Below, one piece after another: positions 1 through 8,308 of a DNA stretch of 64,000 nucleotides. Numbering within the stretch: the stretch's first letter is position 1; the number at the start of each line of letters is the position of its first letter. The notes under the pieces were generated by a model that worked only from the letters and a program-made list of their open reading frames with translations, made no database searches and was not told the origin of the DNA. The stretch lies in sequence record NC_019407.1, one strand, 5' to 3'. A program made the translations under genes and the position numbers.

Positions 1-58
1 GCAGGCCTTTCCAGGTGGCTTCCGCCACGTCGGCGTCGATCTGGGGTGCTGTCGTCAT
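1..58 (-). CDS. 5' end of a gene running off the window (MTTAPQIDADVAEATWKGL...)
   Basis: ATG at 58, open to the window edge; lies downstream of a terminator and a weak TTGACA at 89-94. Confidence 0.5.
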   Translation of the reverse strand, partial: MTTAPQIDADVAEATWKGL

Positions 59-105
59 TCCTGACATTTGCCCTGAAACGCCAGGGCCTGTCAACGCTTG
101 AAATC

Positions 106-135
106 AAAAGGGCCGCCCCAGCGGGACGGCCCTTT
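106..135 (-). terminator. Intrinsic terminator
   Basis: Minus strand AAAGGGCCGTCCC-GCT-GGGGCGGCCC followed by TTTTGATTT. Confidence 0.8.
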
Positions 136-356
136 CTCGATCTTGTCGAACTTCGCCGATCCGAAACCGGGGCTTCCCGGCGACCGCCTCGGAGTTCGAC
201 CTTGTAGCGCCTTTAACGCTTGCCCCGCGTCGCGGCTTGGGAGCACCGAGCCTTGACGCTGATCTAGTGGGCGGCAGGTGATCGCGGCGGTCATTGCCTC
301 CTTCAAGGGCGAGGCCCTCTCATGCCCGCGCAGCTTAGGCGGCGGCGCGGGTCACG

Positions 357-740
357 TCAATCCCCCGGATAGCTGGCGCAGACCTCGCGCAGGATCGAGC
401 GCAGCGGCTCGCCCGGCACCGCCAGGGGCTTGAGCTTGCGGCTCTCGTCCCAGGCCATGGCGTTGGCGTGCAGGAGCCAGAGGACGAAGGCGCGCAGGTC
501 CTTGGCCCCGTCGGGCAGCGGGATGCCGCGCGCGGTGGGGACGTGGAAGACTCGCCCATCATCCGTGTACGCGAGAACCTCGTCGAGCACCGTGGCCCGC
601 TTCTTGGCCTCGGCGAGGACAGCGACACCTTTCTGGAACTCACTGACCTGGATGAGCGCCCGACGCTCCTTAGGGAAGTGGGTCTTGGTCCACCAGGAGG
701 GCTTGCTGTTTGAGGACACGGTTACGCTCCAGGAGGGCAC
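357..740 (-). CDS. Hypothetical protein (true start uncertain, probably near 670-690)
   Basis: Protein-like frame with phage codon bias; AAGGAG near 665 but no clear ATG. Confidence 0.5.
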   Translation of the reverse strand: MPSWSVTVSSNSKPSWWTKTHFPKERRALIQVSEFQKGVAVLAEAKKRATVLDEVLAYTDDGRVFHVPTARGIPLPDGAKDLRAFVLWLLHANAMAWDESRKLKPLAVPGEPLRSILREVCASYPGD

Positions 741-933
741 GCAGCGAGGGGATGTCGCCGTCCGCCATCTGGTAGAGGCGGACGAACTCGTCGTAGTCGT
801 ACTCGTTGATGAGGTCCCGCATCGCCTGCGGGAGCTTGTCGATGGTCTTGAAGAGCCGGCGCCGATAGCGCTGGGCCTCCATGCGCCGGCGGATGGCGGC
901 GTGGCGCGTCTTGGCCGCCCGAACGCGCCGCAT
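670..933 (-). CDS. Hypothetical protein, 87 aa (MRRVRAAKT...)
   Basis: ATG overlaps the TGA of the upstream gene at 933. Confidence 0.7.
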   Translation of the reverse strand: MRRVRAAKTRHAAIRRRMEAQRYRRRLFKTIDKLPQAMRDLINEYDYDEFVRLYQMADGDIPSLRALLERNRVLKQQALLVDQDPLP

Positions 934-1442
934 CAGGCCGCCGGGGCGATCCAGTCCTCGCGGTCGTCGGCGTAGAGCACCGCCGCCAGCTTCCCCGTGC
1001 CGATGTCGCACTTGGCCGCCGCCTCGACCGCCTGGGGCGCGGTGGCCCCCATGTGGAGCGCGCCCAGGGCCGACCACGTGCCCGAGCCGAAGGCGTAGAA
1101 CGGCGCGCGCATGGTGTAGGCCGGCGCGCCGCTCTCGAACCGCAGGCAAAGACCATCGGGCAGGATGATGTAGCCGTTGGTCTCCTTGTCCGGCTTCTCG
1201 GGGCGCCCCATGTCGCAATAGGCGTCGCGCCCGCCGCTGGCCAGCCACTCGTCGAAGGCCGGCGAGCGCACCCAGTCGTTGAAGATTTGGACGTAGGCCG
1301 ATTCACCCGCCGCGCCGAACAGCAGCGTGCCGCCAGGACCCTTGCGCTTGCCGATCTTCTGGACATTCCCGCAGGGCGTCCAGAGGTCGAGAACCCGAGC
1401 GTCAGCGGCCAGCACGCCGTCGCGATAGACGATACACGTCAT
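933..1442 (-). CDS. Ntn-hydrolase, proteasome-beta/HslV-like protease
   Basis: N-terminal Thr (MTCIV...AAD), conserved Lys (QKI), GAAG, and YAFGSG..ALGAL motifs. Confidence 0.7.
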   Translation of the reverse strand: MTCIVYRDGVLAADARVLDLWTPCGNVQKIGKRKGPGGTLLFGAAGESAYVQIFNDWVRSPAFDEWLASGGRDAYCDMGRPEKPDKETNGYIILPDGLCLRFESGAPAYTMRAPFYAFGSGTWSALGALHMGATAPQAVEAAAKCDIGTGKLAAVLYADDREDWIAPAA

Positions 1443-1472
1443 ACGTCCAAACTCCTCAAAAGCAACTTCAGA

Positions 1473-2165
1473 TCAGCGCGGGGCTTGCGGCAGGCGCTTG
1501 GCCGCCGGGTTCCGGGCCGAGCCCGTGGTCGGACCCGCCAGACGCCCGACCTTCTCGGCCTTGAAGCCCTCGGGGCGCAGGGGCGTGCGCGACTTGCCCG
1601 ACGCGGCGGACCGCTCCTTGACGAGGTCATCGCCGCCCTGGGTCTGGGGCGTGGCGCCCTTGATCACGCCGCCCTTGCGGTTGACGTTCGGGGCGTTGAC
1701 CGACTGGACCTGCCCGTTGGCGCCAGCCGCGATCTGGCGCGTCGTCAGATCGACCAGGGCGTCGGCGAAGGCCGACAGCAAGGCCAGGGCGGAGTCCTCG
1801 ACCGGCTTAGCCGAGACGCCGGTGAAGCCGGTGTCCTCGTGCTTGGCCTTGCCGCTGATCCGCACCGAGATCAGCCGGGTCTTCTTGTTGCGGAACAGCC
1901 CCGAGACCTCCTCGCGGGTCGAGACGTCGACGCGGGCGCCGGGCGCGACCGTTTCCAGAAGGGCCAGGGTGGCGTAGTAGCTGTTGACGAAATTGAGGGC
2001 CGCGCCCTTGGGATGGCCGACGGCGGCGGCGATCTTGGCGAAGCCGTTGTCGATCACGGTGCTGGCGAGGCTGGTCGGATAGGACTCGGTCAGCAGGGTG
2101 TTGACCTGGGTCTTCAGGGTCTTCAGTTGGTTGATGTCCAGGGTGAGGGCGCGCTTGGCGACCAT
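1473..2165 (-). CDS. Hypothetical protein, 230 aa, with a basic low-complexity C-terminus
   Basis: RBS GGAGAAAG before ATG; codon bias. Confidence 0.8.
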   Translation of the reverse strand: MVAKRALTLDINQLKTLKTQVNTLLTESYPTSLASTVIDNGFAKIAAAVGHPKGAALNFVNSYYATLALLETVAPGARVDVSTREEVSGLFRNKKTRLISVRISGKAKHEDTGFTGVSAKPVEDSALALLSAFADALVDLTTRQIAAGANGQVQSVNAPNVNRKGGVIKGATPQTQGGDDLVKERSAASGKSRTPLRPEGFKAEKVGRLAGPTTGSARNPAAKRLPQAPR

Positions 2166-2175
2166 GGTCTTTCTC

Positions 2176-2712
2176 CTAGTCCTGCTCGTCGATCTGGCGA
2201 GCGCGTTGAGTGTTGCCGTGGCGATAATCGTTCCAGTGGTCCATCTTGACGAACTTCCCGCCCACCGTGCGTTGGACGAAAATCCCGTCCGGGGAGACCA
2301 GCCCGTATTTCTCGTCCGCCTCGTTGATCATGCGGAAGAACTCCGCCTGCCAGGGGATCGGCATCTCCTGGAGCGACACGCGCGGCAGGCAGAGCCAGGA
2401 GGCGTAGGAGAGCCCGAAGAAGTAGCTTGACGGGGTGTCATGCAGCGGCACGTCGCCGGCGTAGTGCGTCACGTGTCCGGTCTTAGGATCGCGCGCCGAG
2501 TGGCTCCAGGCGGCCCAGAGATCGCGGCGGCCGGCCTCGGCGTCGGCCTGACCCCGGATGATCGCCTGGATGTCCGGGGTATAGCCCGAGAAGGCGGTGG
2601 TGTCGTTCTCGTCCAGGCAGTCGGCCAGGGCCGCGCGCAGGGCCGATCGCAGCTTGTCCTCGGTCAAGGTCGCGTCGGCGGCGATCTGGGCGATACGGTC
2701 GCGGAAGGTCAT
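2176..2712 (-). CDS. Hypothetical protein, 178 aa (MTFRDRIA...)
   Basis: ATGA overlap with the upstream stop at 2709-2712. Confidence 0.75.
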   Translation of the reverse strand: MTFRDRIAQIAADATLTEDKLRSALRAALADCLDENDTTAFSGYTPDIQAIIRGQADAEAGRRDLWAAWSHSARDPKTGHVTHYAGDVPLHDTPSSYFFGLSYASWLCLPRVSLQEMPIPWQAEFFRMINEADEKYGLVSPDGIFVQRTVGGKFVKMDHWNDYRHGNTQRARQIDEQD

Positions 2713-3137
2713 TGGCAGACGTCCTTGGCGTCGCGCGCGGTCACGGGCGACATGTAGGTGTCGGGGTCCCAGGCGCCGGGCGTGCTGCCGCCATAGACAT
2801 AGTCGCCCGGCGCGGGCGGCGTCATCGACCCGCCGTTGCTGGCGACCTTGCCCGGATTGGCGTAGGCCGAGAGCCACAGGCGCCCGTCGCTGCCGCGCAG
2901 GACGAATTGGCCGTTCTGGCGGCAGACGCGAGCGATGGTCATGCGCCATGCGTAGTTGAGCTTGGCCTTCTTGGCGGCCTCGTCCCGCAACCACTGCTCA
3001 TGCCCCAGACGCGCCCAGCGAGCCTTCTTGGCCACGAGGTCCTTGTGCTCCTGCGACCAGAGGGGGTGGTTGTACTCGTCGCACGCCGAGAGGCTGATCC
3101 CGGCGACGACGAGCAGGAGGAGAGCGCCGCGCCGCAT
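2709..3137 (-). CDS. Putative lipoprotein, 142 aa
   Basis: MRRGALLLLVVAGISLSAC signal peptide with lipobox LSAC; start coupled to the NAMPT stop. Confidence 0.7.
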   Translation of the reverse strand: MRRGALLLLVVAGISLSACDEYNHPLWSQEHKDLVAKKARWARLGHEQWLRDEAAKKAKLNYAWRMTIARVCRQNGQFVLRGSDGRLWLSAYANPGKVASNGGSMTPPAPGDYVYGGSTPGAWDPDTYMSPVTARDAKDVCQ

Positions 3138-4567
3138 CAGGCGATCTCGTAGCCGGCCGCGACCCGCTCGCGGATTTGGTCCAGGGTCGCCGGCTCCAGC
3201 ACCTTGCCGGTGTTGAAGACCTCGTCCAGCAGGTCGTGCTCGACGACGTCGCCCTCGTGGACCGTGATGGTCTCGAAGCGGCCGTCCTCGGTCGTCACCA
3301 GGGCCAGCTTGCCCTTCTTGGAGACCTTGCCCGGATCGGTGATCGGGTCCTTGTAGATTTCGACCCACTCGCCGTTGATCTCCTGGGCCGAGGACTTCAT
3401 CGCCCACTTGTTGGTGTCGCGGTCCAGGTCGCCCGTCGCCAGACCGCCGCCGGCGGCCGTGATGATGCTGTCGGGCGCGACGCCGATGTTGCGGGCCAGG
3501 ATGAACGGGTCCATGTGGGTGTTCTCGTTCATGCCGTCGCCCTGGAGGACCTTGGCGCCCAGGTTCAGCACGTCCAGGCCGTGGCTGTTCTTCTGGGTCC
3601 CGAAGCCGGCGGCCAGGGTCTGGACGACCGGCGGGATGACCTTGAAGAGGTCGCCCGAGTCCGGGCGGCAGACCGGGGTCAGGTTCTTGTTGGCGATCAG
3701 TTCCTTGCGCTCGGTCAGCTTGCCGGCGAAGCGGAAGATGTCCCAGGTGTCGCCGACCAGCGAGACGATCGAGCCGGGAGGCGCCTTGTTCAGGCAGTGG
3801 TCGATATAGTCGTCGTCGTTGTCGCGCCCGAACGCGCACGAGATCGAGTGCTCCGAGGCCAGGACCGAATAGCCCGACATCTCGCTGAAGTAGTTGATAT
3901 TCGCCGCCCGCACGCCGGGGACGTTGTCCGAGCCCTGGAAGTGGAAGAGGTGGGCGATGCCGGCCAAGACCGAGTGGTCATAGCCCATGGTCCCGCGCGA
4001 GGAGAAGTCGAGGAAGGCGAACGGCGACATCGGGGTGTCGCTGTTGGCTTCCCAGAAGCTCTTGATCCGCGTGGCGATGCCGTTGACGCGCGCGGCGATC
4101 GTCGAGGCCGTCCAGACGTCGCGCAGGATCATGGTCTCGAAGTAGGAGGTCAGCCAGGGCAGGCGCGGGTCGAGGTTCTCGACCGAGATCAGCGCGTTGC
4201 GGATCGGGATCATCACGCCCTCGGGCGCGGCCTTGATCCGCAGCGGGAGATAGCCGCCGTACTCGTTCAGGATGATCTCCCAGCCGTCGCGGTTGAACGG
4301 CAGGCCGTGGGCCGGCACGAACGCGGCCATCTCCTCGACGTCGGCGCGGGTGACCGGCTTGCCGAGCTTCTGGAAGAGCAGGCGCTGGAACGCCGCCAGC
4401 ATCACCTTGGGATAGCGCCCGCCCCGGCTCTCGATGTAGCTGTAGACGGTGGTGCAGCCGTCGCGATAGAGCACCCAGTGCCCCAGCTTGTAGCTGTCGG
4501 TGTCGGCGATCAGGTTATAGGTCTCGACGGGCGGCGTGCCGTCCCAGTTGGCGAGGTCAAAGGCCAT
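3137..4567 (-). CDS. nadV: Nicotinamide phosphoribosyltransferase (NAMPT/NadV)
   Basis: DTDSYKLGH, YIESRGG, DFSSRG, ASEHS, SLVGDTWD, RPDSGD, QGDG, KVSKKG motifs; 476 aa. Confidence 0.93.
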   Translation of the reverse strand: MAFDLANWDGTPPVETYNLIADTDSYKLGHWVLYRDGCTTVYSYIESRGGRYPKVMLAAFQRLLFQKLGKPVTRADVEEMAAFVPAHGLPFNRDGWEIILNEYGGYLPLRIKAAPEGVMIPIRNALISVENLDPRLPWLTSYFETMILRDVWTASTIAARVNGIATRIKSFWEANSDTPMSPFAFLDFSSRGTMGYDHSVLAGIAHLFHFQGSDNVPGVRAANINYFSEMSGYSVLASEHSISCAFGRDNDDDYIDHCLNKAPPGSIVSLVGDTWDIFRFAGKLTERKELIANKNLTPVCRPDSGDLFKVIPPVVQTLAAGFGTQKNSHGLDVLNLGAKVLQGDGMNENTHMDPFILARNIGVAPDSIITAAGGGLATGDLDRDTNKWAMKSSAQEINGEWVEIYKDPITDPGKVSKKGKLALVTTEDGRFETITVHEGDVVEHDLLDEVFNTGKVLEPATLDQIRERVAAGYEIA

Positions 4568-4581
4568 GATGAGGTCCCCCT

Positions 4582-5823
4582 TTAAGCGTTGAGGCTGAGC
4601 ATGCGGTCCACGATGAAGGCGTGGTCCTCGAAGGTGTCGCCAGGGTCGATCTCCGAGATCGGGTCCCAGTCGGCGGCGGCGGCGTCGTCATGGCCCTGCA
4701 CGTGCGGCAGACCCAGGCCCAGCGGCGGGGGCGGCAGGACGAAGTGGTAGGCCGTGGAGATGATGTGGGCGCGGCGCGAGCGGTGCGGGTCGTCGAACAC
4801 CTGCGGATCGCCGATCTGATAGCGGCGCAGCAGGTGCATCGCCTTCAGTACGCAGTCGGGCGCCGGCGGGGCGGCGGACTTGGTCTTCTCGGCCGCCTTG
4901 CACGCTTCCAGCCACGCGCGGTACTCCGGCAGATGGGCGGGCGGGATGAACAGCGCCGTCTCCTCGATCACCTCGCGCAGGCAGTTGTCCATCAGCGAGC
5001 GACCGGCGTTGACGAAACCGCCCGGCAGGGCTTTCATCCCAAAGCCCTCGGGGCCGCCGCGCCGGATGCGCAGGATGTGACCGGCGCACTCGACGACCGC
5101 GTCCACCGCCAGGAAGGGGCCAGCGCCCCAGCGTTCGCGATAGGCGTCCTCGGCCTTCTTCTGCGACATCAGATAGGCGTATTCCGGGCGGTCCCGGAAC
5201 CGTTCCAGGAAATCGATCGTGCTCGGGTAGAGGAGATCGGTCCAGGCGTAGCCGTTGTCGCTCCACGAGGTGTCGCGGAAGTTGACGGCGCCGGCGAAAT
5301 AGGCCTTGCGCAGGGCGGTGGCGTTGACCCCGTTGTCCTCGACCGGGGTGTAGGGCCATTGCGGGAACCACGTCAGATATTCGCTGGTGGCGTCGCGGAT
5401 GTTGCCGATCAGGGTGACGCGCGGACGCAGGACCTTGGAGGCGTTCTTGACGTGCTGCTGGACCTGGGCGATCCACTCGTTCTTCCCGTAGGGGCCGGTG
5501 TCATTGAGCGCGATCACCTCGGTGCGGCTCAGGAGGTCGAGCACGAGGGCGGCGTGATCGTCCACTCGGCTCTCGACGGTCTCGGCCTCGCGGCCGGCGT
5601 CGGCCTCTTCCTGGGCCAGATCGCTGAGCCCGTTCAGGATCATCTCCTGGCGCTCGCGGAAGGTGAAGGGGTTGCGGGTGTCGCGGGCGAGATTGGCCGA
5701 ACCGACGAACCACAGGACCTTGCGGGCCTTGCGGCGCGCGGCCTGGAAGAGGCGGAAATGACCCATCCTGGTCACCAACTGCCCCCGCGTGATCAGCACC
5801 GCGATGTCGTATTCGAAGTCCAC
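4582..5823 (-). CDS. nadM: Bifunctional NMN adenylyltransferase / Nudix hydrolase (NadM-Nudix type)
   Basis: xMGH motif, GSAN...RNPFTFRERQEMI, NATALR, Nudix-like LPGGFV...REVIEET, PHRSRRAHII; adjacent to NAMPT. Confidence 0.88.
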   Translation of the reverse strand: MDFEYDIAVLITRGQLVTRMGHFRLFQAARRKARKVLWFVGSANLARDTRNPFTFRERQEMILNGLSDLAQEEADAGREAETVESRVDDHAALVLDLLSRTEVIALNDTGPYGKNEWIAQVQQHVKNASKVLRPRVTLIGNIRDATSEYLTWFPQWPYTPVEDNGVNATALRKAYFAGAVNFRDTSWSDNGYAWTDLLYPSTIDFLERFRDRPEYAYLMSQKKAEDAYRERWGAGPFLAVDAVVECAGHILRIRRGGPEGFGMKALPGGFVNAGRSLMDNCLREVIEETALFIPPAHLPEYRAWLEACKAAEKTKSAAPPAPDCVLKAMHLLRRYQIGDPQVFDDPHRSRRAHIISTAYHFVLPPPPLGLGLPHVQGHDDAAAADWDPISEIDPGDTFEDHAFIVDRMLSLNA

Positions 5824-6251
5824 TATCGCTTACCCCTCATTCTGAAGCCGGGCCGGATGCGCCGGATCGGCTTGTTCTCGTCCAGGGAGCGACCCCCATA
5901 GCCGCTCAACTCGCTGAAACCGTTCATGCGCACCGCGAACCGGCGCGTCTTGACGGTCAACTGGTCGCGCTCGAAACCGCGCTCGACCAGCGTCAGGTCG
6001 ATGACGTCGCCGAACACCTCCCCGTGGAAGATGCGCCGCCGCGCCCAGGCGATCGCCGCCCCGAGGTGCGGAAATTCCCGGCGCCGCTCGGCGTCCCGGA
6101 TCGAGACGCCGTCGGCATAGCTGGCGTCGACCCAGTCCAGTTTGACCTCGCGGCGCGGCGCGGTCACCTCCTTGAACTCGATCGGCGGCGACGGTTGGCC
6201 CAGGCCACCCGTCTCGATGTCAAAAACCGCGTAGGTGATTGTCTCCGTCAT
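5823..6251 (-). CDS. Hypothetical protein, 142 aa, probably leaderless
   Basis: The ATG at 6251 lies 8 nt after the -10 of the promoter at 6284; the upstream GTG falls inside the -10. Confidence 0.7.
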   Translation of the reverse strand: MTETITYAVFDIETGGLGQPSPPIEFKEVTAPRREVKLDWVDASYADGVSIRDAERRREFPHLGAAIAWARRRIFHGEVFGDVIDLTLVERGFERDQLTVKTRRFAVRMNGFSELSGYGGRSLDENKPIRRIRPGFRMRGKR

Positions 6252-6257
6252 GCCTCG

Positions 6258-6300
6258 CGACACTACGCTTTGGGTTCTTGTATTGTCAACACATCACTTC
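6258..6300 (-). promoter_or_regulatory. Sigma70-type promoter for the NAD operon
   Basis: GTGTTGACA-N18-TAGTGT. Confidence 0.7.
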
Positions 6301-6767
6301 AGGAGCTTGAGGGCCGGGGCGTGATATTTGAACCCCGCCTCGCTAATCGGCCCCACGCCCACGAAGGTGATGGTCGGCTTGCCGAACACCGTGCGGCCCG
6401 CGTCGAGGACGAGGGTCGCGCCGGCATGGTCGCGGAACCGCTCATAGAGGGCTTCCAACTCGGCGTTGGTCCCGGCGTGGAGCGCGATCTTCACGGCCGA
6501 CTGCGAGTAGCGGTATTGCCGCGCGATCCTGGGGAACCGCTCCATGGCGTCCCACCACGCATGGAGGTAGGCGTGGCCGGCCTGAGCCGCGAGCTTGCCC
6601 AGGTTGAGGGATTTCTCGTCCGGCTTGCGGCGGCTCTTGGCCACGGTCATCGCGTCGAGCGCTTCCTGGCTCACGACGGCGTAGAGGCGCAGTTCGGCCT
6701 TAGGCTTGCCGGCGAAGACCGCCATCAGAGAGTCCCAGGCGTTGCGCCAAGCGTCGATCACGTTCAT
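6294..6767 (-). CDS. Peptidyl-tRNA hydrolase, Pth2 family
   Basis: GKLAAQAGHA, KIAL, DAGRTVF..PTITFVGVGP motifs. Confidence 0.88.
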   Translation of the reverse strand: MNVIDAWRNAWDSLMAVFAGKPKAELRLYAVVSQEALDAMTVAKSRRKPDEKSLNLGKLAAQAGHAYLHAWWDAMERFPRIARQYRYSQSAVKIALHAGTNAELEALYERFRDHAGATLVLDAGRTVFGKPTITFVGVGPISEAGFKYHAPALKLLK

Positions 6768-7207
6768 GAAAAGCGGCTTTCGTAGGAGGCCTCCAGGGCG
6801 ATCGCCGCGTCGAAGGCGACGTCGATGAGGTCCTCGTGCATGAGAACATCGAAGGAGCGGTCGACCCGGAGGGCGAACTGGGCTTCCATCGAGCGGTTGA
6901 AGCCCAGGAGGTCCTTGTGGAGCCCTGCCATGCGGTCCAGGAGCTTGATCGCATAGACGTCCGGCCCGAAGGTCCCTCGCGTCTGATGCAGGCGCTTCTT
7001 GACGTCGTTGATCGTCTCCCAGGACTTGACCTTCAAGTCCTCCATGAGGTCGGCCTGCTGCTCGACCCGGATCAGGTGACGCAGCAGCCGCCGGAGCCGG
7101 GCCTGGATTTGATCAGGCGGGGCCGACGGCGGAGGAGCGCGACACTCCTCTGCCTCGGTGGCGATCATCTGACGCGCCCGGTTGACGCAGTCGAGGATCG
7201 AAGCCAT
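6764..7207 (-). CDS. Hypothetical protein, 147 aa, helical
   Basis: Start and stop overlap both neighbours. Confidence 0.7.
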   Translation of the reverse strand: MASILDCVNRARQMIATEAEECRAPPPSAPPDQIQARLRRLLRHLIRVEQQADLMEDLKVKSWETINDVKKRLHQTRGTFGPDVYAIKLLDRMAGLHKDLLGFNRSMEAQFALRVDRSFDVLMHEDLIDVAFDAAIALEASYESRFS

Positions 7208-7632
7208 CAGCCCTCGGCGGCCGGCGCTTCCGGCTCAGCGGTGGTCTTGCCCTTGCCCTTGCTCGCCGGCGCGGCCTGGGCTTCTTCCGCCGCCGGCTCG
7301 GCGATGGGCGCGGGGGCTTCCACCACCGGTTCGGCGTCCGCAGCCGCCTCGACCGGCGTGTAGTCGGCCTCGAACGCGGCTGGCTTCAGGATGGCGATCT
7401 CGTAGGTGTCCTCGCCGCGCGGGATGCGGACGATGTAGTCGTCCTGGGTCGCCGAGGCGATCTGGCCGTTGATCGGGACCAGGAGCTTGCCGACGGCGTC
7501 CTTGCCGACGTGCATGGTCCCCATGGCGGTGTAGCCCGAGTGCTGGGTCAGCCACGCCGGCAGGTCTTCCAGGCGCTGGAAGCTGTACTGGACGGCGTCC
7601 ACGGTCACCGGTTGGCGGATATACTGGGTCAT
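7207..7632 (-). CDS. Hypothetical phage protein with an Ala/Pro/Glu-rich tail
   Basis: YIRQPVTVDAVQY and DYIVR..F..Y pattern common in phage proteins. Confidence 0.75.
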   Translation of the reverse strand: MTQYIRQPVTVDAVQYSFQRLEDLPAWLTQHSGYTAMGTMHVGKDAVGKLLVPINGQIASATQDDYIVRIPRGEDTYEIAILKPAAFEADYTPVEAAADAEPVVEAPAPIAEPAAEEAQAAPASKGKGKTTAEPEAPAAEG

Positions 7633-8231
7633 GCGGTCTCCTGCTGGAGGTTAGCCGGCGCCGGGATGGCGTCGGAAAGGGCTTGCTCGACCAGGACCAG
7701 GATGTCCATGACGAGCTTGGGATTGAGGTCGGGCTCGGTGAGCGCGGCGGCCAGGGCGTTGATCCGGAACCACGTCGGGTCGGCGTGCGGGATCAGATTG
7801 AGATTGTGCAGGTGCAGCAGCGTCGAGCCGTGGGAGGCGGTCCGCTCCGAAAGCTCGCGCAGCACGCGGGCGCCGGCGAGTTGGTCGGCCAGGACCTTGA
7901 TCACGCTGCCCGAGGGAGCCAGGAGCAGGCGCATCCAGTCGCCGTTCGGATCGTCGGCTTGGCGCAGGTCCGGATGGTCCAGCGTCTTGCCCCAGATCAC
8001 CTCGTGCGCCTTGGCGGCCAGCGAGCGGCGGCGGCGGGCGAGGTCTTCGGCGTCCTTGGCGGCGCGCAGGCTGGAAAGCGTCGTGGCGATCAACACCGAG
8101 GGAAAGAGCGCGACGACGAAGAACGCGGCGCGCTCAAGCGGCGAGGCGTGCGAAGCCACGATATTCATGACCGTGCCGATCAGCACCGTCGGATAGATCA
8201 AGCCGCCGTGGCGCTGGATGAACGAGATCAT
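7629..8231 (-). CDS. Membrane protein, 200 aa
   Basis: Two N-terminal hydrophobic segments; first gene after the promoter at 8287. Confidence 0.75.
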   Translation of the reverse strand: MISFIQRHGGLIYPTVLIGTVMNIVASHASPLERAAFFVVALFPSVLIATTLSSLRAAKDAEDLARRRRSLAAKAHEVIWGKTLDHPDLRQADDPNGDWMRLLLAPSGSVIKVLADQLAGARVLRELSERTASHGSTLLHLHNLNLIPHADPTWFRINALAAALTEPDLNPKLVMDILVLVEQALSDAIPAPANLQQETA

Positions 8232-8306
8232 GAAAAGGGCCTCCGGCGTTGTCGTCGGAGGCCCTTCTAGCGAGTCGGTGTCAGGCTGTCAACACATGTC
8301 AGCCAG
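8229..8306 (-). promoter_or_regulatory. Conserved promoter plus terminator-like leader hairpin
   Basis: CTGGC-N6-GTGTTGACA-N17-TAGAAG-GGCCTCCG-ACGACAACGC-CGGAGGCCC-TTTTC-ATG. Confidence 0.88.
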
Positions 8307-8308
8307 GA

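Noticed and set aside
56-94. TTGACA at 89-94 followed by ATG-ACGACAGC as another consensus promoter
   Set aside because: The -10 is poor (CAAATG), there is no TGGC box and the motif doubles as coding sequence; not counted among the 21
140-200. GTTCGA sequences suggesting tRNA T-loops
   Set aside because: No cloverleaf, acceptor stem or anticodon arm could be built; kept only as a generic ncRNA candidate
5823-6251. VFDIETGGL resembling a DEDDh exonuclease motif I
   Set aside because: The protein is short and lacks the remaining ExoII/ExoIII acidic and His motifs
7207-7330. Ala/Pro/Glu-rich repetitive DNA
   Set aside because: Low-complexity protein tail, not a DNA repeat element
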